Source: a virus (lineage: Duplodnaviria; Caudoviricetes). From it: a stretch of DNA of 64,000 nucleotides. The notes beneath the pieces are model-generated. The model was not told the origin of the DNA. It ran no database searches and saw only the letters and a list, made by a program, of their open reading frames with translations. A program made the position numbers and the translations under genes. The stretch spans positions 1 to 64,000 of the IMG/VR virus record IMGVR_UViG_3300021979_000004; one strand, 5' to 3'. Below are positions 1 through 11,400 of the stretch, in pieces (positions within the stretch are counted from its first letter, which is position 1; each line of letters starts with the position of its first letter).

Positions 1-955
1 ATAATCTTACGCATGGGTAGTATCCTTCTCGTTGATGAGTGCATTTACTTCGCTTTCGAGAGGGTTGAGACGTTCACAGATACGATCAACCACGTATTCA
101 GGTGCATCATAATAAAGAGCTTCATCAAGCTCACGACGTACACATTGCAGTTCCAGAATCTTATCTTCGATGGTTTGAAGTACTGTAGCCATAAAAATCC
201 CCTCATCTGTTATAAACATTATAAGGGGTTAAAAATTAAAAGTCAAAATTATTTTTCACCAAAGAGAAATTCATGCTCTTCGGGATACTCTTGTTTATGC
301 CTTTCAAACGTTTCTCTAGCACTTTTTAAAATCTGTGATCCTTTTGTTGGTATGGCTCCTATCAGAACTCCGTGTGCCATTTTCACCCTTGTCTGTCTGG
401 TACTACAACACTCATGTATTCCTTCTACACGTCTCCTAACACCATTATCACCTTTATATCGCACTACACGGTAAGGGCAGGGCTTCCCATCATTCCACTT
501 GCATAGGTTATCACTACAGTCCAACAACGTTTCTGGCTTATTGTTGTCATGACTTGCTTTCATGGCTCCTAATATAAAAAGAGCCATAACGATTAAAAAT
601 ATTTCCATATCTATTCTACCGTGTCAAACTTATAAAACTCATAGGTACACTTAGTAAATGATACTAGTGTATATGAATTATCTGAGTTTTCTTTTTCCAG
701 TAACCATTTTACGTGTTTAGCGTCTTCAATATCTTCATACAACGCTTTCTTATCATCGTGGGTGGAAATAATATTAACAACCATGTATTCTTGGTCTGTA
801 AGAACTTTAGTGTCATAACCGAAGTCTCCACATTCCTGATCTTTACGATCAACTAAAACACCACAGGTATTATCATAAATGCCATATACAGTCACTTTCG
901 TTTCTGTTACTGATGGTTCTTGAATAGTTGTTTTCATAGTATTTCTCTCTTAATT

Positions 956-1031
956 TGGCTCCCCCGGTAGGGCTTGAACCTACGACCTACGGATTAACAG
1001 TCCGCTGTTCTACCGACTGAACTACAGGGGA
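956..1031 (-). tRNA. tRNA-Asn(GTT)
   Basis: Full cloverleaf on minus strand, anticodon loop CT-GTT-AA, GGTTCAAG T-loop, encoded CCA. Confidence 0.95.
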
Positions 1032-1351
1032 ATAATTCTTAAAATTTTGGGATTCCAACACCGCCCCATTCTGAGTTTGTAAAAAACAATACCTTATTCG
1101 ACGCGGTTACTACAACAATATATTCTGCATCCCAATCAATATTATTTTCTTTCCAAGGATTGTTTTCAATGTTGAGCTTTGTTCTATAAACACATTTAAA
1201 ATTTGTTTCAAGTGTTTTATTCAAGGCATTTTTTGATTTGTTACATTTCACCAATACCGAATCATAATAGGATATAGAGTCGATACTACCTTTGTCTTCA
1301 ACATTTTTAAACTCTTCTAGTGTAACTTTCATAATATTACCTTTATAAAGT

Positions 1352-1428
1352 TGGCGGGTCTGAAGGGACTTGAACCCTCGGCCTCCGCTGTGACAGAGCG
1401 GCGATCTAACCAACTGATCTACAGACCC
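1352..1428 (-). tRNA. tRNA-Asp(GTC)
   Basis: Cloverleaf, loop CT-GTC-AC, CCA end. Confidence 0.95.
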
Positions 1429-1688
1429 ATAATTTTACCCTAATCAATCTGGATCAGGGCCAGCATCTTGACAATAAAGGGAAAATACCTTTACTGGCTT
1501 GTTTTCTCGCCAAGATGTACCGTAATCATCCAAAGTGGCATCGGTTAAACCTTCTTCAATACGAAGAGTTTCACCAAAATGTCCAATACCGCAAACAATG
1601 GTATCATCATCTACATCTTTAAGCAACTCTTTCAACTCTTTTGCTCTTAAGTGTGACATAACAATTACCTCTCAAGGTTATAAAAATT

Positions 1689-1762
1689 TCGAGGATGCCA
1701 GATTCGAACTGGCGGTACAGCGTTATGAGCGCTGCGTGTTAGACCGCTTACACTAATCCTCA
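1689..1762 (-). tRNA. tRNA with CAT anticodon (elongator Met or Ile2)
   Basis: Stem CAGCG/CGCTG with loop CT-CAT-AA, T-arm GCCAG-TTCGAAT-CTGGC; no encoded CCA. Confidence 0.85.
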
Positions 1763-2167
1763 ATAATCACGCCGTGGTGCGGCGATCATCCAGAAATTGT
1801 TCAAACGCTTCACGTGTCTGTGCATAACCGTGCTTTTTCAGAAGCTTCACGATATTGTAAGACACATAACCTTTCTCTTCCAGAATTCGAAGAGGTGCAG
1901 AGTCAGGTTGTTCCATTTTAGTAAAGAACTCTTCTACAGTAAAGTTCTTAGTCAGAAACTTTACGAAATGGTTCGCAGATGCTTTGGCTGAACCATGCTT
2001 AAAGCGTCCAACAAATTTACCTTCATAATGTACCCAATAATCACCAGTGATCCCAGAAACTACGAATTGGTCTTTGTTGAAGTTCATATCGTTCCCCTTT
2101 ATCGACTTTATAATACTATTATAGCATTAATTAAATATAAAATACAAGGGGTTTTAATAAAAAATAT

Positions 2168-2244
2168 TGGTAGGGGTAGTGAGATTCGAACTCACGAATG
2201 CGAGGATCAAAACCTCGTGCCTTAGTCCGCTTGGCGATACCCCA
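2168..2244 (-). tRNA. tRNA-Gln(TTG)
   Basis: Cloverleaf, CGAGG-TT-TTG-AT-CCTCG, CCA end. Confidence 0.93.
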
Positions 2245-2245
2245 A

Positions 2246-2272
2246 TAAAAAAGCCCTGAATACTCAGGGCTT
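2246..2272 (-). terminator. Rho-independent terminator of the 2296-2601 gene
   Basis: AAGCCCTGA-GTAT-TCAGGGCTT hairpin followed by a T-run on the minus strand. Confidence 0.8.
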
Positions 2273-2295
2273 CTATTTAAAATTAGAATTGAGTA

Positions 2296-2601
2296 TTACT
2301 TTTCTAGTTTATCTTTATCCCATTGTTGGGCATTATTTAGTGAGCTATTAATAGCATCAATCTTTTCTTTAGCGCCAGATAGTGTACGCTGTACAGCCAT
2401 AAAGTTTTTCATACCAGAAGGTATAGCTTGTAGAAGCGCACTTGCGTCATCACTCATGTCATCCATTGAATCGATAACTTTCTGAAGCTCTTTGAGCTTA
2501 TCTGCAATTTCTTTTTTAGCTTTGTTAGTATCTACCGCTTCGTTTAGTTCTTTACCGGAAGACACGCTTTCAATTAGTTCTAGGTGCTTTTTAATAGACA
2601 T
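2296..2601 (-). CDS. Late-promoter coiled-coil protein with capsid-targeting-like N-terminus (candidate internal head protein)
   Basis: TATAAATA at 2638-2645 (minus); N-terminus MSIKKHLELIES; own terminator. Confidence 0.5.
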   Translation of the reverse strand: MSIKKHLELIESVSSGKELNEAVDTNKAKKEIADKLKELQKVIDSMDDMSDDASALLQAIPSGMKNFMAVQRTLSGAKEKIDAINSSLNNAQQWDKDKLEK

Positions 2602-2859
2602 TTCTTTTTTCCTTTATAGTTTATAATTTGATATATCTATTTATACTATTATTCACCTATGCTTTTCATAAGAGCAAGCTTTGCTTTTTCATAGCTATCA
2701 ACAAGTTGCTTATTGGATGTATTCTGTTTATTAAGTCCGTAAAAATAGTTTCCGTTAATCGATTTTGTAACCCAACCGATCAACTTATCATTTAAATAAA
2801 AAGCGGTTCCGTAACAAGTTTCTACAAAATACATTTCTCACCTTTAATATTAATAAAAT

Positions 2860-2936
2860 TGGTCGGAGCAGTAGGAATTGAACCTACGACCTCTGCATCC
2901 CAAATGCAGCGCACTACCAGACTGTGCTATACTCCG
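2860..2936 (-). tRNA. tRNA-Pro(TGG)
   Basis: Cloverleaf, loop TT-TGG-GA, CCA end. Confidence 0.95.
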
Positions 2937-3266
2937 TTAAAATTGGTCACCTACATACTTAAGTTTACCATTTTCCTTGACATACTCTTTAATACGCTCA
3001 CCATTATATTCTTCAATAATGGTCTGAGTCAAGCGTCCAGCTTCAATGTCGGCACCCATGCTGACAGCATAATATGTCATATCAACAACTACATATTCGT
3101 GACCTTTATCATTGGTTTCAGTTTTGATAATTTTTGCATGTTTCCACTGCAAAACCTTATCATAAAACTTTTGAAACCGTTTAGTATTTCTTACTTTAAC
3201 TTTCATAGTCACCTCCACTTTTTCTAATATAATTATAACATAATAGTTAAGTGACTACAACAAAAT

Positions 3267-3349
3267 TGGCACCCAAGGTAGGATTCGAACCTACGTTTTC
3301 AACTCCAACTACGCTTACTTGGTTCGTAGCCAAGCACGGTTACTTGGGT
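3267..3349 (-). tRNA. Atypical tRNA-Arg(ACG) lacking a D-arm
   Basis: Acceptor ACCCAAG/CTTGGGT+GCCA, anticodon arm CTTGG-CTACGAA-CCAAG, canonical T-arm; only 8 nt where the D-arm should be. Confidence 0.65.
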
Positions 3350-3355
3350 ATAAAT

Positions 3356-3445
3356 TGGCAGAGAGTGTGGGATTCGAACCCACGGAGCCTTTTCAGGCTC
3401 GGTTCCTTAGCAGGGAACTGGTTTCGACCGCTCACCCAACTCTCT
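3356..3445 (-). tRNA. tRNA-Ser(GCT)
   Basis: Long variable arm, loop CT-GCT-AA, CCA end. Confidence 0.95.
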
Positions 3446-3479
3446 TTACTAGAAGCCATATATCGTTTATAATTACTCC

Positions 3480-3851
3480 ATGGCTATCGAAAAATTTTAT
3501 TACATAGAATGGAAAATTCCTTGTAAGTATGAACCTATTGGTTTTCATGAGGATACACTTGATTGTGAGCGTCAAGAATATTACGTCACATCATATAAAG
3601 AATTTGTATCCGAAAAAATTAAATCTATAAAAAATAAATATAAATTAAAAGTTTATTATTCTAAAACAGAATCACAACATTTATATCTAGCATTAAATGT
3701 ACATTACCGATATCATTATATAACGGCTGTGATTTATCTAAAAGTAGGAATTTTGAAACTTAACTATAAACCTGATACAAACCTAATTAAGTTAAAATTC
3801 CCCAAGATATATAAGAACTGTCGCATTGTATCAAGATACGAACAAGTCTAA
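3480..3851 (+). CDS. Hypothetical protein inserted antisense within the tRNA cluster
   Basis: 123-aa ORF filling the gap between tRNA-Ser and tRNA-Glu. Confidence 0.6.
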   Translation: MAIEKFYYIEWKIPCKYEPIGFHEDTLDCERQEYYVTSYKEFVSEKIKSIKNKYKLKVYYSKTESQHLYLALNVHYRYHYITAVIYLKVGILKLNYKPDTNLIKLKFPKIYKNCRIVSRYEQV

Positions 3852-3854
3852 AAT

Positions 3855-3929
3855 TGGTGCCCTAGAGGGGTTTCGATCCCCTTGCTTCCGGTTGAAAGCC
3901 GGATGATTTAGCCAGTAATCGACTAGGGC
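3855..3929 (-). tRNA. tRNA-Glu(TTC)
   Basis: Cloverleaf, loop CT-TTC-AA, CCA end. Confidence 0.93.
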
Positions 3930-3974
3930 TAGAATACTTTGGCTTATGAATATTCACCAAAATAAAAATGAAAT

Positions 3975-4053
3975 TGGTTGGGGCTGGGGGATTTGAACCC
4001 ACCGACCAATTGGTTAAAAGCCAACTGCTCTATCCAGACTGAGCTAAGCCCCA
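3975..4053 (-). tRNA. tRNA-Lys(TTT)
   Basis: Cloverleaf, loop CT-TTT-AA, CCA end. Confidence 0.95.
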
Positions 4054-4058
4054 GAAAA

Positions 4059-4174
4059 TAACATGTGAAATCCTTCAGTTTGAAGTCGCCAATCGTGACG
4101 CTTTCCACCATATGATTAGTACAGTGACAAGGGTTGATTATCATTAAAATGACATCACCGTATTTCACATGTTA
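4059..4174 (-). ncRNA. Unknown structured RNA closed by a 13-bp perfect helix
   Basis: TAACATGTGAAAT (4059-4071) is the reverse complement of 4162-4174; sits between tRNA-Ile and tRNA-Lys. Confidence 0.5.
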
Positions 4175-4183
4175 CAAAAAAAT

Positions 4184-4260
4184 TGGTAGGAAGTACTAGG
4201 TTCGAACTAGTGACCTCACCGTTATCAGCGGTGCGCTCTAACCAACTGAGCTAACTTCCT
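4184..4260 (-). tRNA. tRNA-Ile(GAT)
   Basis: Cloverleaf, loop CT-GAT-AA, CCA end. Confidence 0.95.
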
Positions 4261-4265
4261 AAAAT

Positions 4266-4341
4266 TGGTGGAGACGGTGAGAATCAAACTCACCACACAA
4301 ACCTTGCAAAGGTTCGTCGCCCTCTTGGTACATGCGCCCCC
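4266..4341 (-). tRNA. tRNA-Ala(TGC), atypical D-arm
   Basis: Acceptor GGGGGCG/CGTCTCC with the G3:U70 Ala determinant, loop TT-TGC-AA, ACCA end. Confidence 0.8.
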
Positions 4342-4355
4342 ATAAATTATCTATA

Positions 4356-4368
4356 TTTTTAAAGAACA
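4356..4368 (-). promoter_or_regulatory. boxA-like antitermination element
   Basis: TGTTCTTTAAAAA on the minus strand between tRNA-Phe and tRNA-Ala; matches rrn boxA (TGCTCTTTAACA). Confidence 0.6.
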
Positions 4369-4385
4369 TGGCCTAAAGCCTAATT

Positions 4386-4461
4386 TGGTGGATTGGGCAG
4401 GGATTGAACCTGCGACCATCGGAATTTCAACCCGACACTCTACCAACTGAGTTACCAATCC
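4386..4461 (-). tRNA. tRNA-Phe(GAA)
   Basis: Cloverleaf, loop TT-GAA-AT, CCA end. Confidence 0.95.
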
Positions 4462-4475
4462 TAAACTTCTAATTT

Positions 4476-4550
4476 TGGAGCGGGTAAACGGTTTCGAACC
4501 GATGCACGGAGGGTGGAAGCCTCCCGCTCTACCAACTGAGCTATACCCGC
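4476..4550 (-). tRNA. tRNA-Gly(TCC)
   Basis: Cloverleaf, loop CT-TCC-AC, CCA end. Confidence 0.95.
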
Positions 4551-4568
4551 AAAAATTCTCTTAAAACT

Positions 4569-4600
4569 AAAAAACCCTTCTCAGTGGAAGGGTTTCTTTT
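4569..4600 (-). terminator. Attenuator-type terminator upstream of the tRNA operon
   Basis: AAACCCTTC-CACTGA-GAAGGGTTT hairpin plus T-run, about 20 nt before tRNA-Gly. Confidence 0.8.
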
Positions 4601-4638
4601 ATCTTACTTTGCTTATGTAATATTTACTTAGTCATAAG

Positions 4639-4764
4639 CTAGAAACCCTTAATCTCCACTTCCGCACTATCAATAATCTCGCGATTAAAAGATACACGTG
4701 CACAGGGGAACTCACTTCCCTTGAACTGTTGATTCGATTTGTGCATATGTGCGTTAATAGTCAT
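4639..4764 (-). CDS. Putative 41-aa leader peptide MTINAHMHKSNQQFKGSEFPCARVSFNREIIDSAEVEIKGF
   Basis: Open frame translated by hand with GAGAG SD; last codons (AAGGGTTTCT) are complementary to the 5' arm of the terminator; too short for the ORF track. Confidence 0.7.
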   Translation of the reverse strand: MTINAHMHKSNQQFKGSEFPCARVSFNREIIDSAEVEIKGF

Positions 4765-4862
4765 TTTGGTTTCTCTCTAAAATTAGTTATATGTTACGTT
4801 AATGTTATTTATAGTGAGAGCAAAAAAGCTCTCAAAAGTATGTATTTTTTAATCTTGATACT

Positions 4863-4891
4863 AGACTAAACTTATTTATGGTTTCTGTCAA
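4863..4891 (-). promoter_or_regulatory. Sigma70-like promoter with nested CATAAATA late element
   Basis: TTGACA-gaaaccataaataagtt(17)-TAGTCT; a further TATAAATA lies near 4806-4813 (minus). Confidence 0.7.
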
Positions 4892-4909
4892 GCACTTTTT
4901 TAAAATTTC

Positions 4910-5449
4910 TTATCTTAACTTAACCGATAGTGTTCCTGCATCTATTAAGTGTTGAACACTACCACCGAATGATTCAATCTTATATGTCTGTCCAGTATGT
5001 GCACTAGTTGTAACTGTTGCTGAATCTCCCTGACCCGGACGATCACTACCTACTTCAATCCAGCTTCCATTATCAAGGTAATAAACCCTAAGCTCAAAAG
5101 CTTTATTAAGAGGATCATAGGTAATGCTAACTTCAGAAACTTCTTCTTCTTGAGTTAGCTTAAATATAATTGAATTTCCTCGTTCAAAGTCCCATGCTTC
5201 ACCTGTTAAAAAATGATCGAATTCAGTCCCAACCGCACCGTTGTAATCTGTTATATAAGCAGTTCCAGCAAGAATATCATATTCCGGTGAAACTGTATTT
5301 TGCTTAATATCGAACGTACTAAAATATTCAGTAGTCATTATATTAGTATTAATAGGATATATAACTGGTTCAACTAGAGGGGGATTATCCCCAATGCGTA
5401 TAGCGTTAAATTTTACATTTTGTGATTTAATCATCGGTATATTCTCCAT
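4910..5449 (-). CDS. Putative virion surface/adhesin-like beta-sandwich protein (late gene)
   Basis: TATAAATA upstream; T/S/G/N-rich composition typical of structural proteins. Confidence 0.4.
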   Translation of the reverse strand: MENIPMIKSQNVKFNAIRIGDNPPLVEPVIYPINTNIMTTEYFSTFDIKQNTVSPEYDILAGTAYITDYNGAVGTEFDHFLTGEAWDFERGNSIIFKLTQEEEVSEVSITYDPLNKAFELRVYYLDNGSWIEVGSDRPGQGDSATVTTSAHTGQTYKIESFGGSVQHLIDAGTLSVKLR

Positions 5450-5494
5450 TGTTATGATGTATTTATAACACCATACAAAAGATAATATTAAATG

Positions 5495-8400
5495 TTATTC
5501 AAACGAACCTCGAAGCAAACTATACAGCACAAATTCTCTTTCGTCAATATCATAAACAACACCAATTTTGATTTTGTATATGACACCCACTTTAGTATTA
5601 TTTTGGGATAGCATATATGCTATGTTGGCAAAAATACCATATAAAATAGCATGTACAGTTTCTTCAGTGCGATTAACGGTGTCATAAGATTTAGGGTCAA
5701 TCGTCTCACCCACCATAAAAGATGATACCATCTTTTGATTGGGGTACGTATTTTTATAACTTTTCATAGAATACGCCTGATCATTATACATCATGACCGG
5801 TGCATTACCTTTAAGAATAGTATAACCCTGCTTCTCTAATCCTTCGATATATTCATCTAGAATAGCATAGTCACTCTCAAGGTTGATTTCAAGAACAAAT
5901 TCTTTTTTCTTTGATCCTATCATTTTAACATTACTCCATAATCGCTAGTGTCTACAAAAGAATCATGGAACTCAGCACAGCCCACTAAGTACTTGCCGTT
6001 TTTTCGTACTACATAAAACGGGGTATCGAAAATAGTATTATCAGTAAAAGTGGTTGTGTAGATCAAATACTTATTATCTACAATATGATTTCCTCTGCCC
6101 CTTCGTGTATTTTCACCAATCCAGTTTGCCGCTTCATCTACCGTGCCATCAAAGATGAATTCAAAGTATTTTTTAAACATTGCCTTAAATTTTTTCAAGG
6201 CTTCATCATATTCAATCAACTCATCATCATCGAAAGTGATAACCCGGACACCAAAATTCATATTATCATCTATGCCGGTTGGAACCAGAATGGTGATATG
6301 GTTGTCATCTATATCTCTACACATTAGTTTAAATGCTTGCTTGTAAGTCACGTAGTTCATCAGTTAGCTCGTATTTTTCAAGTAAAAATTCAAGAATCTC
6401 TTCGTAAAGCTTTTCGTACTTATTGTCTTCTGAATACCACTCGTAAGAAGTACCACGGCCATTACCACCACTTAGAATCCACAAAACACCGTTTACGAAA
6501 TTAATACGCCAGACATGTAGTCGTCTTCCAGAGGAATCACTGGTACAAAAATCTTGCTTTCCAAATATTTCTTTACGCCATGGAAGTGAAGATGAAAAGA
6601 AATTTGTTGAAAATTTCGTGTAAGTGTCTTTGCTCTTTTCTTCAATAACTTTAACAGAAAATTCTTGGAATTGACCATTAAGCATTGGGGAGTAAAAAAC
6701 CTGCCCTTCACTATATTCCTCAAAATACTTTTTCTGCTTATTCATATTACGATTCCATGTCATCTATAATCTTTTCAATAATATCACGAGCTTCTTTAAG
6801 CCACTCAAGGTCATTGTTATCATAACCTTCATCACTCATATGCCATTGATCAATAAAATACAGCAAATCTAGCGGTCGTTGTAGATCATGATATATAGGT
6901 TCATAGTCCCACATTTCAGGATCGGAATATTGCTCATCAGAAGACTGTATGTCCCAATGTGGCTGTAATATATCTTTGATAGCATCATTGATATTTTCAC
7001 ACTCACTTAACGCTGAATAATGATCGGGAATACAAAGTTCGTCTCTGATATATTCCAGCTTGATTTTAATTGTTGTCAAATCCATGATCACGATACCGCT
7101 GTAGTAACATCATAGGGAGTATAAAGAACAGAGTCTTCACACACCATACATTTACCTTCACTGACAATAGTGACTTTGAATTCCAGTCTCTGGGTAGACG
7201 ATCCACTTAGTGTTACATGGCGAATATTACTAATAAAAGCCGATTCTGGATTTTTATGCCGGGACTTATGAAACTCTAATACCGCTTTTGCTTTCTCATC
7301 AAGATATTCTCTTACTTGGTTGCTGCTCATATCAATACATCCCATAGTCTGGATTTACAAGAATTGGATTTTCACTTATCTTTAAAAGCTCTGAATAATT
7401 TCTAGGTTCAGAAATTTTATATAGATTAAAGTCTTTCTCAGAGTTAAACTTCACCATACACTTAGCAAGAAATCTAACTCTCTGTGGAAACTCAACGTTA
7501 TCCCGTTCTTTAAGTATAACACTAACTTCAAATCCTTTCAAATTAAACCTGTACTGAATGTATGATTCGATTAAGTCAGGAACCCATTCGCCATTATAAG
7601 GGTACTCGAAGTCATTGATATCACGTGGGTTATCCGCATTATGAATATTGTTGTACCAATCTAGAAACTCTCTGTTTGATACTACAATATCTAGATTTTC
7701 GAAGCCGAGGATTTCACTCATGCTGATACAAACCCTTTTTCTGTCAAAAACTCCATATTCAATGTTTCTTGTGAAATACACATGATAAAGTAGCTTTCAG
7801 CGAAAGTACGATCATGAGTATCAAATTCCATCCCAAGATCATCAGCACCCCAAACACATACACGATACATCGGTGTTTTATCGTCAGGATCGTGTAATTC
7901 AAAAAATGAAACAATCACCATCATTTTATCTGGTGAGTGTGTCATGTTCATAATATAGCTCGGACACCAATCATCATCAGTGCTTACATATACAGTAGTA
8001 CCGTCAGGAATCATACATCTACCCTCGTATTCCAAATTTCTTTTGCGTAATCAATAGCATCTTGCTCAAGTTCTGGATCATACTTGAGAGTTTCCATATT
8101 AAGATCGAAGCGCTTACCATACTTTTCATCAAAAATATCAGACTTTTGAAATGACATCGACACGCAACAGTCAATGTCTAAACATGTTCCGTCATTAGAT
8201 ACCTCTGGTATCTCACCACAAAATGGACAACCCCTGAATCCTTCTGATAAGTCACTCATCACTCATCACCTTTAAGAGTCTTAAGAATTTTTTTGTGTTG
8301 ATCACTGAACTCACCTTTACGGTTAAGTTCCATGTGAACCTTAATCAGTACATCTTCACACGCTCGTACATCCTTAGCAGCTTTCTCTTTTTCACGAAGC

Positions 8401-11400
8401 CAAGATTGTTGCATTACTCTTAGTTCCTCGACACTCATAGATTCAAGAGATTCTTCGCTTGGTGTTTGTTTGCTAATATCACTCATGGTCTTTTTCCTTT
8501 TTTTCTCTTTTTCGTTGTTCTTCATACAACGCAATTAATTTTTTAGCACACTCATCTTTGTTTGAGTTATCTTTCTTTTGCTCATCTTCCCAATAGTTAA
8601 TATAAAACTCTAATTCACTATCATACAAATTGTATAAGTGATCGAAGACTGGTACTAATAATGGTCGCAGCTTTTCTTCATTCCCCATTTCCTATTTTAC
8701 CTTCTTCTTCGAGTTGAATGTACGCTTGACAAAGCAGGTGATAATCACTACTCAATTTCGAATTCACTGGTGGATACACCGCACAATATGCCAGCATTTG
8801 AATAATGCAATTGGGCAACGCACCCATGGCAATATCTGTTACATAATCATCAATCTCAGAGTTGAAAAATGCCTTATAAAGGTTATTGGTTGCGTTCTTA
8901 ACATCATCCCAAGTATAAGGAACTGTAGATTCAGATACCTCTAGGCTCTTTTCTATCGGTTGTTTTTTAATAGGCGCACCAAAATCAGGGTCATCACAAT
9001 TACAACCGCCTAGTGTTGCATATTTGTCACATTTATTACAAAAGGGTCTTGAACTCATTTTACACCTAGTTTAATTTGAATAAGTAGCGTACTAGATAAT
9101 ATATGATTATCGTCAGCATGTAAACCGCAGTGAATGTGGTTTTGGCTACCAGTAAAAATTTAATAATTGAAAAACCAATCATAACCATATAAATATTGGC
9201 TTTTGTGTATCGATCATCAAAAAACCATTCAATAACAATAATAACAATTACTGCAACTAAGAATGGTAAAAACAAATCAATAAACATTATTCTTTCCCTA
9301 CCTCATTAAGAATTTCAAGAATTTGCTCAATAGCACTGGCATTGTATTGAATGTCATGACGTACACGATATTCAGAGTCCAAAGTCTTATAAACCAAAGA
9401 AGCAGTAGTAACAAACTCTGGAAAACCATCAGGGACATTATAAGAACCATGCCCTTTGTAAATTTTTGAATCGTCGGGCATATACACAATACCACCACGT
9501 TGAGAAACGTCTACCACCCATTTACAGAACATGCTCAACGCCGCCATTGTTCGGTCTGTCATGTTTTTAACGCTAGACTGATCATTTAGGACGAGTTTTG
9601 CCATCTTGAAAAACAATGTTGATTTTGTCCAGTTACGAACATACATTTCAACGGGGCTATATCCATCAAGATCGCGAAGCTCAGTGAAATCTTCAATAAC
9701 ACGATCAATGTTTTCTGCCACAAACTTAAGTTGGGCATCACGAATCATTGTCTCAACAACGTATTCACTAACTTCAGGATACTTCATTTCAGTTTCGTAT
9801 TCTGTGTTTTCAAAGCATTCAATATCACCAGTAGCAGGATTGTATTCATGTCCACTACCACATGTCATGAAAATTTGACGAAGATAGTCAGACGGTGTAG
9901 TGTAGAGAAGACTGTACGTGAAGATATGCTTTTTAATTTCTTCGTTGAACTCTTCATTCTGATACACTACGACATGTTTGCTCTGAGTCATAAACTATCT
10001 CCAATAAGTTATATAAACAGTATACATAAACAGTAACTAGAAGTAAAGAGCATTTTTACTTTAATTCGAAGTAATCGAATAAAGGTATAAAAACCTCATC
10101 ACATTTCTCTTTGAATTCTTGGTCCCTGTGTTCATTAATTTCTATCAGATAATTAGTCATACGGCTTAGATACTTAAAGCAACGTACCCATCCTTTGGAC
10201 TCATCAAGCGACGAAATATCGACTCTGGATTCTATTTTAAGCCTAAACATAGATTTAACAGAGGTTTCATATCGTTTGTGAATCATATCTATGAATTCCT
10301 GAGTAACAAAGTAATACGGATCAACCTCTTTATTCATAGTATACATCATTGGAATAATGTTAGTTTGATTCGGATGATTGACTAATATTTCAGAACAATT
10401 ACAAAAATTCATGCTCTGTTGAAACGAAGTAGTTGCAAGCTCCCATTCAACGTAACGGTTCTCCCAATCCTTTTCAGGAATATCTTCAGGACGATCAGAA
10501 GAGTTTTGATAATGGTATTCTTCTACCCCTGTTATTTTCTGCAAGCGTTGATGAAGTAATCCACCTTGCCTTCCTACTGATCCATTATCACAATCATCTT
10601 GAGGAATGAAAAGAACATAGTCGTCGTAATAATATAAAGCGATTCTTACTTGAAACGCATTCTTGAATATAGTATCAGTGACAAACAGAAAGTTAGTTGC
10701 TGTTGCAATAGCTTTGATAAAGGAAAACAGGGATTCCGTGTCATCATTATCATCCCATTTCTCTTTATCTAAAATGTTCATTATAGATTCAACCAACCGT
10801 TCTTGTATATGATCAGAAACGACTTCATCATTATAAGAATAAAAATGTCGGGAAACTATATTTTCAATATATGCTTTTAGATCATTTGAATGAAAAGCCA
10901 ATACGCATAAAACAATATCCAAACAAAAGGAAGCAACCTTTTGATTATAAATCACAGAATAATGTTCTTGAGCAATGTTAATAAGCTTACGATGAAACTT
11001 ACCAACATCTTTAAGATCGTTATAACTGTACTTCAATCCATCATATATCTTTACTGACATAAATTACCTTTTGTATTTTTCAACTATCGCTTTTACTTCA
11101 TCGTAAACACCCGATGACTTCAAAGCATTAAATACTTTTTCTGCAAATTCATCAAACCATTCTGAAGGGACGCCACACGAACCACCACCGTTTAGAAGGT
11201 TATCCCTGATGGCATCGTCATCAAACACTGGTGTAGTTTCATTATCAAGCCCGAAGTCCATATCACTAATGATCACTTTCTTATCTTTTACAATAAAACT
11301 AACCACAAGTCTTGCAGGCATTTCATCACGTTGACATTTTTCAATATCGTAAATACTAACGTACATTTCCAAATAAGGAAATGCTTCAGATAACGTCACA

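Noticed and set aside
2859-4168. ORFs overlapping tRNAs (2859-3227, 3251-3472, 3319-3507, 3944-4168; likewise 26934-27116, 34885-35172, 41414-41678)
   Set aside because: Translations of tRNA sense or antisense sequence (e.g. VGIEPTT, GFEPT).
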